DNA of 64,000 bases from Azolla caroliniana (GCA_043228905.1 JBHGNT010000015.1:15562001-15626000), one strand, 5' to 3'. Positions 23,340 to 36,883 are shown, counted from the first letter of the stretch. Notes: generated from the sequence alone by a model not told the origin. Made by a program: numbers and translations.

Positions 23340-26300
23340 ATGGACAGAGGAATGGCGAGTTCACTTCCAACAGAGAAGCTTGACCAGAGCAACTGTGCGT
23401 CCTGGTCATATAAAATGCACCAGTACCTGCTGGGGCATGGATATTGGAGCCTCGTGGAAGGAACAAATGAAGTAGCATCGGAACCGTCACACAAAGATTT
23501 CCCAATATGGGAGCAAGGAGCGAGTCGGGTATTGTATTGTCTCACGTCCGGTGTGCATGATCAAATGCTCAACTACATCAAGGATGCAAAGACGCCTAAG
23601 GAGGCCTGGGAAAATCTACGGAAGATTTTTGTCGCAAGTACCACAACTCGTAAGTTGCAACTCCGGCAAGAGCTGAACAACATCCTGCAAAGAGACATGT
23701 CAGTTATGGACTACATCACCAAGATAAAGGAGATTTGCGATGCACTCGGGTCCATCAACGTGACGGTGGTCAAAGATGAGATAGTACAAATCTGCCTCGG
23801 TGGTCTAGCGCAAAGGTACATGCCAATCCAAACAACAATATGCACTCGGGACAAATCATCATCCTTCTTCGACTTGCAATCAATGCTGATGGTCGAAGAA
23901 AACCATGCGAGTGGGTCAAGGACCACTCAATCGGATGGTCGGATGCTGTACACGGAGACAAATCGGCCCCATGGACATGGTGGACGAGGTGGGTCGGCAC
24001 GCAATTGAGGCGGCCGACAAGAGCAGGACCGGAGGCATAGTGGTTGTGCCGATAGCAGTTCCGAACCCTCCACAAGCAGGGGGAGTCAAAGCGGTGCCGG
24101 GAACGAGCAAGGAAAGGCCAACACAGAATGCTGGTACTATGGCAAAAAGGGTCACAAGGAAAGCGAGTGTTGGAAGAAGCGTGCCGATTCGGACAGATCC
24201 GGATCCGGCAAAACCAGCTGGGAGAACTGGCAAAGCTCACCCTACGCGGAAGGATCAGAAGGATCTGGAACTGGGAAAACCGGTAAAGGGCCAGCCTTCG
24301 TGATGAAGCACAAGGCTAACGCGATGAAGAAGACTACTTTTTGATCGGAGGAAGTATGGTACGTTGATTCCGGAGCGTCCAACCACATGAAGAGCCATGA
24401 AGAGTGGTTCTCCTTTTTGGAGAAACCAGAACAACCGCGAATTGTTGAAACCGAAGACGACACCCCTCACCCGATTGTGCATGTCGGAGAAGTCCCTTTA
24501 AGCTATGTCGGACAAAATGGGAAGCTTATTAACGTACTACACGTTCCGACTATCACAAAGAACCTGGTGTCAGTTGGGCAAATCATCGACCAGGGGATGT
24601 AGGTGTGGTTTATGCACCTAGGGTGCTTCATCGAGGAAGAGGGCCGGATAATTGCACAAGGGCGCAAAGACGGGAGGATGTTCATCCTCAACACTAATGA
24701 TGTCGGCACCGTTATGTTTGCGAAAGGGCAGAAGGTCGAATTGGACATTGACCTGTGGCACAAGCGGATCGGCCACGTCAATTATCGGAGGCTTTAAGAC
24801 CTGCAATAAAAAAAAGTCGTTTTCGGTTTGCCGAAGTTTAGCGGCCAAAATCCCGAAATTTGTGAAGCCTGCCAACTCAGGAAGCAACACCGGCTTCCAT
24901 TCCCCAGCGATCGAAACCGGAGCCATAACAAGCTCAATTTAATCCATTCGAATGTATGGGGACCGGCACAAAACGTTAGTCTTGGCAGGAGTCGGTATTT
25001 CAACGACTACAGCCGGCACACGTGGATCTACCTCATCGAGAGGAAGAGCGAAGTCTTCGAGTGTTTCTGGAACCTTCAAAGCTTGGTTGAATGGGAAACG
25101 GAGAGGAAGATCAAGTGCCCGCGGTCGGATGGCGGGAAAGAATACTTTTGCGGTGAATTCAACAGTTATCTGCAGCAGAACGGAATTCAGAGAGAATTCA
25201 GTTGCAGGTACACACGGGAGCAAAACGGTGTGGCCGAAAGGAAGAACCGGTCGATTGTTGACGCGGCAAGGGCAATGCTGGAGGAGAAGAGCATGCCCCA
25301 TTTCTACTGGGCTGAGGCAGTCTGGATGATAGTCTACATCCAAAACCGGATCGGTGACAAGGTGTCAGCACATGAGGTGTATTTCGGGCGAAAGCCGAAA
25401 TTGAGACACCTTCGAATATTCGGTAACGTAGAATATGTGCATGTACCGGATGAGAAGCGGAGGAAGTTGGATCCGAAGTCGGAGAAGTGTATTCTAGTCG
25501 GTTACTCGCATGAGCAAAAGGGGTATAAGTGCTATAACCCCCGGACTAAGCAGGTCCGAGTAAGCCGAGATGTCGAGTTTGATGAGACGGCATCATGGTA
25601 CTCCTTACTGACTCCAACTCCCGATGAAGACCCGATTCCAGAACATGAGGCTAGTAAGCCTGAGGAGGTCCAAGTAGAAGATGAAGACTTCGGCTCTTTA
25701 GAAGAGAGTCTGATCTCATTCCGGCTAAGTGGACCGAATGAGCGGCAAAGTCGGGATGACCAGGCGGATAAGGAACCAGCGAGTAGTGGAGACTCTGTCG
25801 TGCTCTCCCCGTGCAAGGAACTGAGGAGAAGGTTCACGAGCAAAGAGATGGGGAAGAAAAAGATGTCAGAATACGAAACCGGCAACATTGAGTCGGATAA
25901 GAGCGAATCCGACTCCGGAAAGGATGAAGGCAGATCTTCGAGAACGAAGTCCGACCTGGCCAAGAAGGGCCCCAAACCGAGTAATACTAAGTTATGCCGG
26001 TCTTCCCGCCTGAAGAACCCCGTTACGCGGTACGGGTACAATGAGTACATGGTGCATCATTATGCGTTCATGACTAAGGTGGTGGCAGTGCGTGAGCCGG
26101 AGAGCTACGTAGAAGCGGCAAAGGACGCAAATTGGCGTGCCGCTATGGAGGAAGAAATGCGGGCAGTAGATGCAACTGACACATGGGACCTCATTGACCC
26201 TCCCCGACACTGTAAACTGATCGGTTGCAAATGGGTGTACAAGGCAGTGCCGACGGTTCGTTTCACCGGTACAAGGCCCAGTTAGTGGCGAAGGGATACG

Positions 26301-27630
26301 CACATACCCAGGGAATCGATTACGACGAGACCTTCGCCCTGGTAGCGAAGATGACGACGGTTTGTGTGGTACTGGCGGTTGCTGCGGCAAGGGGGTGGCA
26401 TCTTCACCAGATGGACGTGAAGAATGCGTTTCTTCAAGGTGACCTTGAAGAACGGGTCTATATGATCTAACCTCTCGGTTTTCAGTCGGAGATGAACAAG
26501 TCAGCAGTTTGCCAACTCAAAAAGTCGCTTTACGGTCTGAAACAAGCCCCTCGAGCTTGGAATACGAAGATCACACACCGGTTGCATAGGATGGGGTTTG
26601 TGACCTCTAAATCCGACTCGTCGTTGTTCATCTGGCAAGGTCCGGACGGTCCGGTTTGCATCCTACTTTATGTTGATGATTTAGTCATCACCGGACCCAG
26701 ACTCAATGAAATCGGTCGAGTAAAGTCCTAGTTGTCGGACGCATTTCACATGAAGGACCTGGGGGACCTTCATTATTTTCTTCGGATTGAGGTGATCTGA
26801 ACCCCCGACGGCATATTGCTCTCACAAAGACACTATGTGTTGAATATGTTGTACAAGTTCAGTATGACAGAGTGCCGACCTATCTCCACACCCTTGGACC
26901 AGAACCAGAAGCTCTATCCCAACTCCGGACCAGCATGCAATGAGAAATGGTTCCGACAAATCGTCGAAAGCCTGATATACTTGACAATCACTCAACCCGG
27001 CCTCAATTACCCGGTCAGAGTGATCAGCTAGTTCATGCAGAAGCCAACCGTCGAGCACCTTCACTACGCACACCAGATACTCCGGTATGTGAGCACCACG
27101 AAGGATCGGGGACTGTTATACTGGCATGTTATAACCGAAGAACTAGTCGGATATACAGATGCCGACTGGGCTGGTGATGCATTGGATCACCGATCCACCT
27201 CAGGTTACATGTTTTCTCTGGGTAGCGCGGCTGTTGCGTGGAGTAGCAAAAAGCAGCCAACAGTGGCTCTATCGAGCACTGAAGCTGAATACCGGGGCGC
27301 TATCAATGCCACCTGTGAAGCCATCTAGCTTCGGCGACTGCTGCGAGACCTACAAATTGAGGTACCGACCCCAATCCTGATCTACTGTGACAACATGAGC
27401 AACATTCTGCACGCCAAGAACCCCGTGTTCCATGATCGGACAAAGCACATAGAAGTGCAATATCACTTCGTGCGTGAGTGGGTTTTGAGCGGCGAAGTAG
27501 AACTTCTGTATGTTCAGACGGATCGGCAAATTGCCGATATCTTCACCAAACCGCTCAAATCGGACAAGTTGCAGCACTTCACCGAAATGCTTGGTGTTCA
27601 GCATCTCGACGTGCCACACTTGAGGGGGGG
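23340..27630 (+). pseudogene. Copia-A gag-pol (gag, zinc knuckle, protease, integrase, RT, RNase H) with many stops and a frameshift
   Basis: [109 protein letters not shown]. Confidence 0.95.
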
Positions 27631-28241
27631 AAAAGGAAAGGGAACGGATGGCACCGGACAAGGAGCCGAAGAGGAAGAAAGAACCAACAAAGGGGGAGAT
27701 GAGGAAAAAGGAAGCCAAGCCGACCGAAGGAGTCGGCACATCCGAAAAGGTCGGAACAAGAGGCAACGGCGGTAGAGTCAAGAAGGACAGAGCCAACTGG
27801 AAGAAAACGGCCAAGACCCGGACGGGGTCCGGTGTGGTGAAGGGCTTGAAACCAGAAGACAAGTTGGAGAACACCGACTCGGACAAAAGCTGGAATCAAT
27901 CGAAGGAAACCGATTCGGTTCAAGATTCGGAGAAGTCGGATCAACTAAAAGCCAAGCGGACACAGACGCAGCGGAAGTCGACGCCAACACGAAGAAACCG
28001 ACGGGTTGACAAGCGTCGGAGTCGTAGCAGTGAGGGAGTTGAAATGGGCCTATTGAGTAGACAAGCCAACCGAGGAGGTCGAGGTGCGTAGAACCATAAG
28101 GGTCGCGGCAAACAAGACCGGACCGGACGAGGAACGTGAGCGAGGTGGAGCAACGCTAGAAGGAGCCGGGTAGAAGAACCAGCTGTCGCGGACACTAACA
28201 CCATGATCCGACCTCAAGTTGAGCTTGAGGGGGAGTGTTGA
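27631..28241 (+). pseudogene. About 200-codon Lys/Arg-rich extension or extra ORF between RNase H and the PPT of Copia-A
   Basis: ORF 27648-28091 continues through two C-to-T stops to ...PQVELEGEC*; it is homologous in frame to Copia-B 30340-30815. Confidence 0.6.
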
Positions 28242-29946
28242 GCAAGCAAGCTCAACCGGATCTGGATTGGCTGAATAAGCCTGAGCCGGATCGGCATCCG
28301 GAAGGATGAGCCGGATCGGTATCCGTAAACAATCGGCTGGATCGAGGAGCCTGATCCGAGCGAGAACCGGAAGCCTAGTAGTAGCCTAGACTACTAGGTG
28401 ATCATTGTCTCGTAGTTAGTGTCAGTCACACGTGTGAGCATTGAAGTACCTGTTAGTCGTTTATGGACTTGTATAAATAGTGTTGTTTAGCATGTTGTAT
28501 GTACAGAGTGTTAGAGTTAATTTTTGAATATAGTTTTATGTTCTGTTCTGCTCCCTTTGTCTCCTTTGTGTTTTTAAGCTTTTCCATTAAACCTTCATCT
28601 CATTTTCTGTTGCTATCCGGTTGAGCTGGTTCTGTTTGACGCTTCCGCACATTAATATTCACATCTTTGACCTTGCTAGACATAAATTCTCTGCCATCGT
28701 CGGTGCAGACTATTTTAATGCTTATGTTTTTTAATTCCCTTTGTCATTTGACTAACTCATAAGAGAGTTTTTACTAGGCCAGATACATGGTATACTTGGG
28801 GAATGATTCATTTTTTATTGTTGGGTAAGGGAAAAGTTAGATTACCAATTCTAATAGTATATTGTAGGTGGTTGTCTCTAGGTCGAACCTCCATTTTGTT
28901 TTGTAGTTATTAAGTGCTAGTTGATCAAATGTCATGTGGTGGTAGCTCCAATGTCAAAATACCAATTGTTGTTGATGGTGTGGTCATTGAATCCCATTTG
29001 AGTGTGGAATAGTTGTAGTGGAACATCATCTTGATCTTCAAGTGTTGTTAACTGTGTTTTTCCACCATGTCCTTCAAGATTATATTGTTTCTTTCGACAT
29101 TTGTTTTCAATGTGCCCAAGGAAGTGGCAATAGTTGCACTTCTTAGTGTGTGGCTTATAGTTGTTGGATTGATGTGATAAACCTTGATGGTATGTTTTGT
29201 TGCTTAGATGTGATTTTTGGTGATAAGATGTATGGTGATGATTGTTGTGAAATGTTTTTTGTGGTGTTTTGTATGTAAATTAGTTGCCATTGATATTGAT
29301 GAATGTGAGAGAGTGACTCTTGGTATCTTCTCATAGTGTTTTCTTGTTGGATTTTACTAAGAGGTTGATCTAGTGTTTGAGAAGTTGCCATTGATTGAGC
29401 AGTGATGAATGCCCCCCCCCCATGTTGATGGAAATGCGGCAAATAATAGTATGACTTGGACTTTATCGTTGAATTTTATGCCAAAGAAAGAGTATAACTT
29501 CATCCAATTTTGTCCCCCACATGTCTAAGGAATGTCTACACACGTTCATTTTCTTTTAATGCTAGACATATGAGTTTCTTGAGATTAGTTGCCCATTTTG
29601 GTAGATCAATATGTAAGTATTTCATATTTAGACATTCCTACATTGCATTTGCTCATTGTCAACATTCTACCATGTGATGTTTTTTGTTTGTAACTTTGAA
29701 TATAATATCTTATTCTGCTTCGAAGTCTTTGTTTCTTCATGCATGATATGTGAAACTGTCATTGGCACTAGAATCTTTTTCCGAGCCTTCATTTAAGATC
29801 TAGTGTTTTAAGATAAAGCTCTCCATTTTTATTCTCCAAGCACGGTAGTTTGTACCATTTAATTTGTTGAGGCGGACAGATCGAGGTGCCATTGTGGTCA
29901 CTAATGTCCTTGGTGGTGGAGTTGTTGGTAGAGTATCGTGTGATAT

Positions 29947-32900
29947 TGTAAACGTAAGTGTTTGCGGAAGCGTAAAACAGAGAACAACACACAGAGAGAG
30001 AGAGACAGAGAGAGCAGAACGCAATTTCCAAAATTATATGAAAACTCTGTACTACACACTGTGCTAAGTAACACTATTTATACAAGTCCTCTTGGGACTG
30101 ACAGAAGTACCATGTACTTCAATGCTCACACGAGCATCTGACACTTACTACGAGACTATAGATACCTAGTAGTCTATCCTATTCTAGGCTTCCGATTGGA
30201 CTACCGGTTACGGATTGCACCCGGCCTCCACTGCTTGCCGGTTCGGTTGCTCACCGTCATACCGAACCGTTTCGCCCGATCCGTCTCGCTTACCGGCTCC
30301 GGCTTATTCAGCCGATCCGGCTCCGGTTGAGCTTGCCGCTCAACACTCCCCCTCAAGCTCAACCTGAGGTGGGGTCGTAGTGTCGACCTCTGTGGCAGTC
30401 GGTTCTTTCAACCGACTTCTCCTGGCGTCACTCCGCCTTGCTCGCGCTCCTCGTCCGGTCCGGTCCCGTTTGCCGCGACCCCTTTGGTTCTGCGTGCCTC
30501 GACCCTCTCGGTCGGCATGTCTGCTCAATAGGCCCATCTCAGCAGTCACGTTGCTGTGACTCCGACGCTTGCCGATCCGTTGGTTTTCCCACGATGGCAT
30601 CGACTTCCGCTGTGTCCGTGTCCCCTTGGCCTTCAGTCGATCCGACTCATCCGGGTCCATCTGTTGATCCGAGTCAGTTGTCTCCGACTCGTTCCAGCTC
30701 TTGTCCGAATCGGTACACTCCGATTCGACTTCCGGCTTTAGGCCTCTCCCCACATCGGACCACTTCCGAGTCTTGGCCTTCTCCATGCTTCCCTCGGCTT
30801 CTTCAGCCGGTGAACCGAAATCGATCTGCAAGTCTCGCAGCAGTCGCCGAAGCCAGATGGCTTCACAAGTGGCAACGGTAGCGGCCCGGTACTCAGCCTC
30901 AGTGCTTGACAAAGCCACTATGGGCTGCTTCTTGCTGCTCCACGCAACGGCCGCGCTACCTATGGAAAACATGTCTCCGGAAGTGGAGCGGCGATCAGAC
31001 GTATCGCCAGCCCAGTCAGCATCGGTGTAACCGACAAGCTCTTCGGGTATACCTCGCCGGTATAGCAGTCCCCGGTCCTTAGTGCCGCTGACATACTGTA
31101 ATATTCTTTGTGCGCACTGAAGGTGCTCCACGGTCGGCTTCTGCATGAACTAACTTACCATGCCGACCGGATAGCTGATGTCGGGTCGGGTGATGGTTAA
31201 GTAGATCACGCTTCCGATAACCTGTCGGAACCGTTTCTCATTGCAGGCCGGTCCGGAGTTGGGACGAAGCTTCTGGTTCCAATCCAGGGGTGTGGAGACA
31301 GGTCGGCAATCCGACATGCCGAACTTATACAACATATTCAACACGTAATGTCGTTGTGAGAGCAATATGTCGTCGGGGGTCCGGATCACTTCGATCCCAA
31401 GAAAATAATGGAGGTTCCCCAGGTCCTTCATTTCGAATGCGTCCGACAACTGGGACTTGACGCGGTTGATTTCGGGAAGACTCGGTCCAGTGATGACTAA
31501 ATCATCCACATACAAGAGTATACATACCGGACCGTCAGAGCTTTGCCGGATGAACAACGAAGAGTCCGACTTAGAGACAGCAAACCCCAGCTTACGCAAC
31601 CAGTGCGTGATCTTCGCGTTCCAGGCTCGGGGGGCTTGCTTCAAGCCGTAAAGCGACTTCTTCAGTCGGCATACCGCCGACTTGTTCATCTCCGAGTGAA
31701 ATCCGGGGGGCTGAGTCATAAAGACTTCTTCTTCAAGCTCTCCTTGAAGGAAGGCGTTCTTCACATCCATCTAGTGAAGATGCCACCCCCTTGCCGCAGC
31801 AACCGCCAGTACCACACAAACTGTCGTCATCTTTGCCACAGGAGCGAAGGTCTCATCGTAGTCGATTCCGTGGGTCTGCGCGTATCCCTTCGCCACTAAC
31901 CGGGCTTTGTACCAGTTAACAGAACCGTCGGCGTTGTACTTGACCTTGTACACACACTTGCATCCAATCGGTTTACAGTGACGGGGAGGATCAACTAGGT
32001 CCCAAGTTTCGTTGGCATCGAGTGCCCGCATTTCTTCGTCCATAGCGGCACGCCAATTTGCGTCCTTTGCCGCTTCTGCGTAGCTCTCCGGCTCGCGCAC
32101 TTCTGTCACCTTAGTCATGTACGCATAATGATGCGCCATGTATTCATTGTACCCGTACCGCACGACGGGATCCTTCTGACGGGTTGATCGGCGCAACGCA
32201 CCGTCACCTGAATTGAGGCCCTTCTTGGCCATTTCGGTCTTCGTTGCAGAAGATCTGCCTTTCTCCTTTCCAGAGTCGGATACGCACCGATCCGACTCAT
32301 CGTTGCTGGTTTCGAATTCCGGCATCTTCCTCTTCCCTTTCTCTTTGCGCGTGAACCGTTTCCTCGGTTCCTTGCGCGGGGAGAGCACGGCAGAGTCTCC
32401 ACCACTTGCCGTCTCTTCATCCGACTAGTCCAACCGACTCAGTCGCTCGTTCGGTCCACTCAACCGTAACGATTCCGAACTCTCATCTTGAGTCCCTGCA
32501 TCATCATCCTCTGCCAGGGCTAATTCAGGCTCACTGGCCTGATCTTCCGGCATTGGGTCGGGATCGGAAGTCGGAGTCGGTACGGAGTACCAAGAAGCCG
32601 ATTCATCGAACTCGACATCCCGGCTAACTCGGACTTCCTTCGTCCGGGGGTTATAGCACTTATATCCCTTTTGCTCTTGAGCATAGCCAACTAGGATTCA
32701 TTTTTCCGATTTTGCATCCAGCTTTCTCCGCTTCTGATCCGGCACATGCATGTACGCTATGCTGCCGAATATCCGAAGGTGTCTTAAGTTCGGCTTGCGC
32801 CCGAAATACAGCTCATGAGCTGACACCTTGTCACCAATGCGGTTTTGTATGTAGACAGCCATCTGGACCGCCTCCGCCCAGTAGAACCGGGGCATGCTCT

Positions 32901-34972
32901 TCTCCTCCAGCATTGTCCTTGCCGCTTCGACGAGTGTCCGGTTCTTCCTTTCGGCCACACCATTTTGCTCCGGTGTGTATCTGCAGCTGAACTCTCATCG
33001 AATTCCCTTTTGCTGCAGATAACTAGTCAATTGGCCGGAAAAATATTCCTTTCCGCCATCCGACCGAAGGCATTTGATCTTCCTCTCCGATTCCCGTTCC
33101 ACCATCTTCTAGAGGCTCCGGAAACAGTCGAAGACTTCGCTCTTCCGCTCAATGAGGTAGATCCAAGTATGTCGAGTATAGTCGTCGATGAAGGAGACGA
33201 AGTACCGACTCCCGCCAAGGCTTACACTTTGTGCCGGTCCCCACACATCCGAATGGATGAGATCGAGCTTGTTACGGCTCCGGTTCCGTTCGGTGGGGAA
33301 TGGAAGCCGGTGTTGCTTCCCAAGTTGGCAGGCTTCACAAATTTCGGCTCTCCGGCCGCTGAACTTCGGCAAACCGAAAACGACTTGTTTCGTTTGCAGA
33401 TCTTGAAGCCTCTGGTAGTTGACGTGGCCTATCCGCTTGTGCCACAGGTCGATGTCCGACTCGACCTTCTGTCATTTCGCGAACAGAGCGGTGCCAACGT
33501 CATTGGTGTTGAGGATAAACATCCTCCCGTCTCTACGCCCTTGCGCAATGACTTCGCCCTCATCCTCAATGAAGCACCCGAGGTGCGTAAACCGCACCTG
33601 CATCCCCTGGTCGACAATCTGACCGACGGACACCAGGTTCTTCGTGATCGTCGGAACGTGTAATACGTTCATCAGCTTCCCTTTCTGTTCGACGTGGCTT
33701 AGAGGGACTTCTCCAACGTGCACGATTGAGTGTGGAGTGTCGTCTCCGGTTTCGACTACTCCTGGTTGATCCGGTTTCTCCAGAAAGGAGAACCACTCTT
33801 TGTGGCTCGTCATGTGGTTCGATGCGCCGGAATCAACATACCACACTTCCTCCGTTTTGGAAGTGGTCTTCTTCATTGAGTTTGCCTTGTGATTCATCAC
33901 CAAGGCTGGCCCCTTACCGGCCTTTCCGGTTCCGGATCCTCCTGATCCGTTTGCGTAGTGTGAGTTTTGCCGGCCATCCTTACCGGTCTTGCCGGATCCG
34001 GATTTGTCCGAATCGGTACGCTTTCTCCAGCACTCACTTTCCCTGTGGCCTTTTTTGCCACAGTACCAGCATTCCGTAGCGGATTTGTCTTGCCGGCCTC
34101 CGGCACCGCCTTGACTCCCCCTGCTTCTGGAAGTCCCGAAACTGCTGTCGGCACACTCATAGTGCCTCCGTTCCTGCTCTTGCCGGCCGCCTCCATTGCG
34201 TGCCTACCCTCCTCTTCCACCACGCCCACGGAACCGATCCGTTCCCGTGTACAACATTCGGTTGTCTGGGGATGCACTGGTAGATGCACCGGCGTGGTTC
34301 TCCTCTACAAGGAGCATCGACTGTAAGTCGAAGAATGAGGGGGTATTCTCCCTTGTACACACCGCAGTCCGGAACGCTCCGAACTTGGACGCCAGGCCTC
34401 CGAGACATACCTGCACCATCTCGTCTTCCTCTAGGGTAACATTGATAGAGGCGAGCGAGTCGCAGATCTCCTTTATCCGGCCCGTGTAGTCTGCCACGGA
34501 CATGTTCTTCTGTCGAACATTGCTCAACTCCTGTTTGAGTTGCAGCTTCCGGGCAGTGGTGCTTGCGGCAAAAACCTTTTTTAGGTTCCCCCAAGCATCC
34601 TTCAGTGTCTTGGCGTCACGGATGTGGCTGAGCAGCTGATCGCCGACACTGGACGCGAAGCAGTACATCACCCTACTTGCCGCCTGTTCTCATACCGGGA
34701 AGTCCTTGTGTGCCGAGTCGGGCGCCGCATCATTCGCTCCTTCGACATAACTCCAGTACCCATGTCCAAGCAGGTACTGTTGCATCTTGTAAGACCAGGA
34801 TGCGTAGTTGCTCCTGTCGAGCTTCTCCACCAGGAGCGACGTAGCCATGCCTCTATCCATGTCTTCTACTGTGTCTGTTTTCGACCTGTTAGGGTTTTCT
34901 TCTCAAGAGTAAATGTCTGTAGCAGAGGTTCTCAACCCTCGCGCTCTGATACCATGTAAACGTAAGAGAACA

Positions 34973-35011
<39 letters not shown>

Positions 35012-35343
35012 GCAGAACGCAATTTCCAAAATTATATGAAAACTCTGTACTACACACTGTGCTAAGTAACACTATTTATACAAGTCCTCTTGGGACTGAC
35101 AGAAGTACCATGTACTTCAATGCTCACACGAGCATCTGACACTTACTACGAGACTATAGATACCTAGTAGTCTATCCTATTCTAGGCTTCCGATTGGACT
35201 GCCGGTTACGGATTGCACCCGGCCTCCACTGCTTGCCGGTTCGGTTGCTCACCGTCATACTGAACCGTTTCGCCCGATCCGTCTCGCTTACCGGCTCCGG
35301 CTTATTCAGCCGATCCGGCTCCGGTTGAGCTTGCCGCTCAATA
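29947..35343 (-). mobile_element. Ty1/copia LTR retrotransposon (Copia-B, same family as Copia-A), defective, with an internal deletion in RNase H
   Basis: LTRs 29947-30345 and 34955-35343, TSD GATAT, PBS at 34943-34954, PPT at 30346-30354. The outer TG is mutated to TA. Confidence 0.97.
30340..34860 (-). pseudogene. Copia-B gag-pol; single frame with about 9 in-frame stops; RNase H C-terminus deleted near 30820
   Basis: Same motifs as Copia-A; ...LRDLQID joins directly to the 3' extension, and CDN, TKHI and ADIFTK are absent. Confidence 0.93.
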
Positions 35344-36851
35344 GATATAATGCTTGGTGTTAGGTTGGTTATTGAATTTTATAATGTTTTCTATGAGAGA
35401 GAGAGATAGACAGACAGAGAGAAGAGAGAAAAAAAAAGCAAGAGGAGAGAGGGGAAGAACAAGAAGTGAATTTTTTTGTTGTTGTTGTGCTCTCTATCGA
35501 TAACGGAATTTGGTGCAAAGATAAGCTTTGGAAAGCCCTCGGCTAGAGCTTCATAATGAGATATAGCAAGTTAAATTTGGTGGCTTGTACGAGAAACAAC
35601 AATAGAAATAAGAAATCTTGTGTTGTCAGCGTCCACATACTCAACACACATTGTGGGTCTTCTATTGTGCTCATCATCTTTGACAATCGAGTGAGTTCCG
35701 GTTTTCTCTCTTGTTCGTGGAAAATTGTTTTTATCCTAGATCGATATCACATCAAGAATAATGGATATAAACATGAATTCCTCACATATTGTGGGGGACA
35801 TCAATATGGAAACAATTGATCCAAAAAAGACTAATGTGATGGTTGAATGTAATCGTGAAAGGCAAGACATTGGAAGCTCTTAAGGGTATTGAGGAAATTA
35901 ATGAGAAAAAATTGACATATACCGAAGTAATACATGTAAATGAGGTTGACAAGGATCAATGTAATTGGGATAATTTATGGGGAATTGCCAATACCTTGTT
36001 GTCTAATATTGTGGAAGAAAACGAAAATGTAGCGAAAGAATGCATCGATGAGGATGTGCATGATGTGGAAGTTGATGCTAAGGTAGTGTTGCAATCATTT
36101 GATGTATTCTATGATCATGTGCTTATATTATTTTTTACCAATGTCGAGAGGATTTTCGGCAACATTGAGAAAATCAAGCGGAGCGGGCAAGAACGGCGAA
36201 GTGCAATAACTGCACATGTACACTAGCGAAAATGTTAATAAGAATAAAAGGAAAATGTAAGGATGCTAATGTACAAAGGAATTAGTAAAGAAATAAATGT
36301 GATGTGTACATTCGGTCCATAGGCACACATAGAAGTGAGGGTGTTTAATGTACCTCATCAATCACTCCAAGAATTGAGGCAGTCAAATATCTCCTCTGAA
36401 AAAGAGGAATATTGGACTGACTTTGTAAAGTACCTCTCCTCCTTGGGTTATAAAACGGAGGAAGAGTCTCTTGTAAAGGGGTTCCCCGTTTTTGAGTTTG
36501 CTCCCGATTTGTTTTGGTCCTCATTTTTTCTATTAGGGATTGAGGTTCCGTTTTGGGTTTTAGGGTTTAGTTCTACTCGAGCTCTTATACTCTAAGGCCG
36601 GTTTCTGTTGTGTCGTCTGCACAAGGCCACCACTCACAATGGGGAGCACCGTGAGCTCTCCGACTAGAGGCTTGCCTACAAAAACTTCTTGTATCTAGTC
36701 TATTTGGTCCGCTCGAAGCCGGCGATGTAATCGGTTTCTCATATACATATACTCTTAGTTGTACATTAAGTGTCGTTATGTGTCAGACATTCTTTCTTCT
36801 TCTTCTTTTTCTAGTTTCTGTGAACGAGGTGTGTGTGAGTATGTGTGTGCG

Positions 36852-36883
<32 letters not shown>

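Larger units (their letters stand above)
22844..28663 (+). mobile_element. Full-length Ty1/copia LTR retrotransposon (Copia-A), defective
   Basis: LTRs 22844-23245 and 28236-28663 (TG...CA), TSD TCTTT, PBS TGGTATCAGAGC (tRNA-iMet) at 23246-23257, PPT GAGGGGGAG at 28227-28235. Confidence 0.97.
22030..29945 (-). mobile_element. Old, internally deleted Ty1/copia element that hosts Copia-A and Copia-B
   Basis: On the minus strand: gag KLNGTNYRAWRIKME (about 29890-29800), CNYCHFLGHIENKC zinc knuckle (about 29140-29095), protease WYFDIGA (about 28965-28945), integrase IKIVCTDDGREF...NPQQNG split by Copia-A (28720-28669 / 22843-22740), RT IHQIDVKNVFLNGTLEE (about 22260-22210). Confidence 0.8.

Noticed and set aside
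24006-24008. Stop after the gag capsid region in both Copia-A and Copia-B, suggesting programmed read-through
   Set aside because: The stops are at different codons (A: GGA>TGA after SARN; B: TCG>TAG four codons earlier), so they are independent mutations.
35840-36130. E/D/V-rich ORF-like text loosely similar to 18700-19050 and 20440-20720
   Set aside because: The similarity is too degenerate to align by eye; possibly an old dispersed repeat, but not supportable without computation.
36233-36765. Possible LTR upstream of the rRNA fragment
   Set aside because: It has TG...CA ends and a TATA-like site, but no TSD, partner LTR or convincing PBS.
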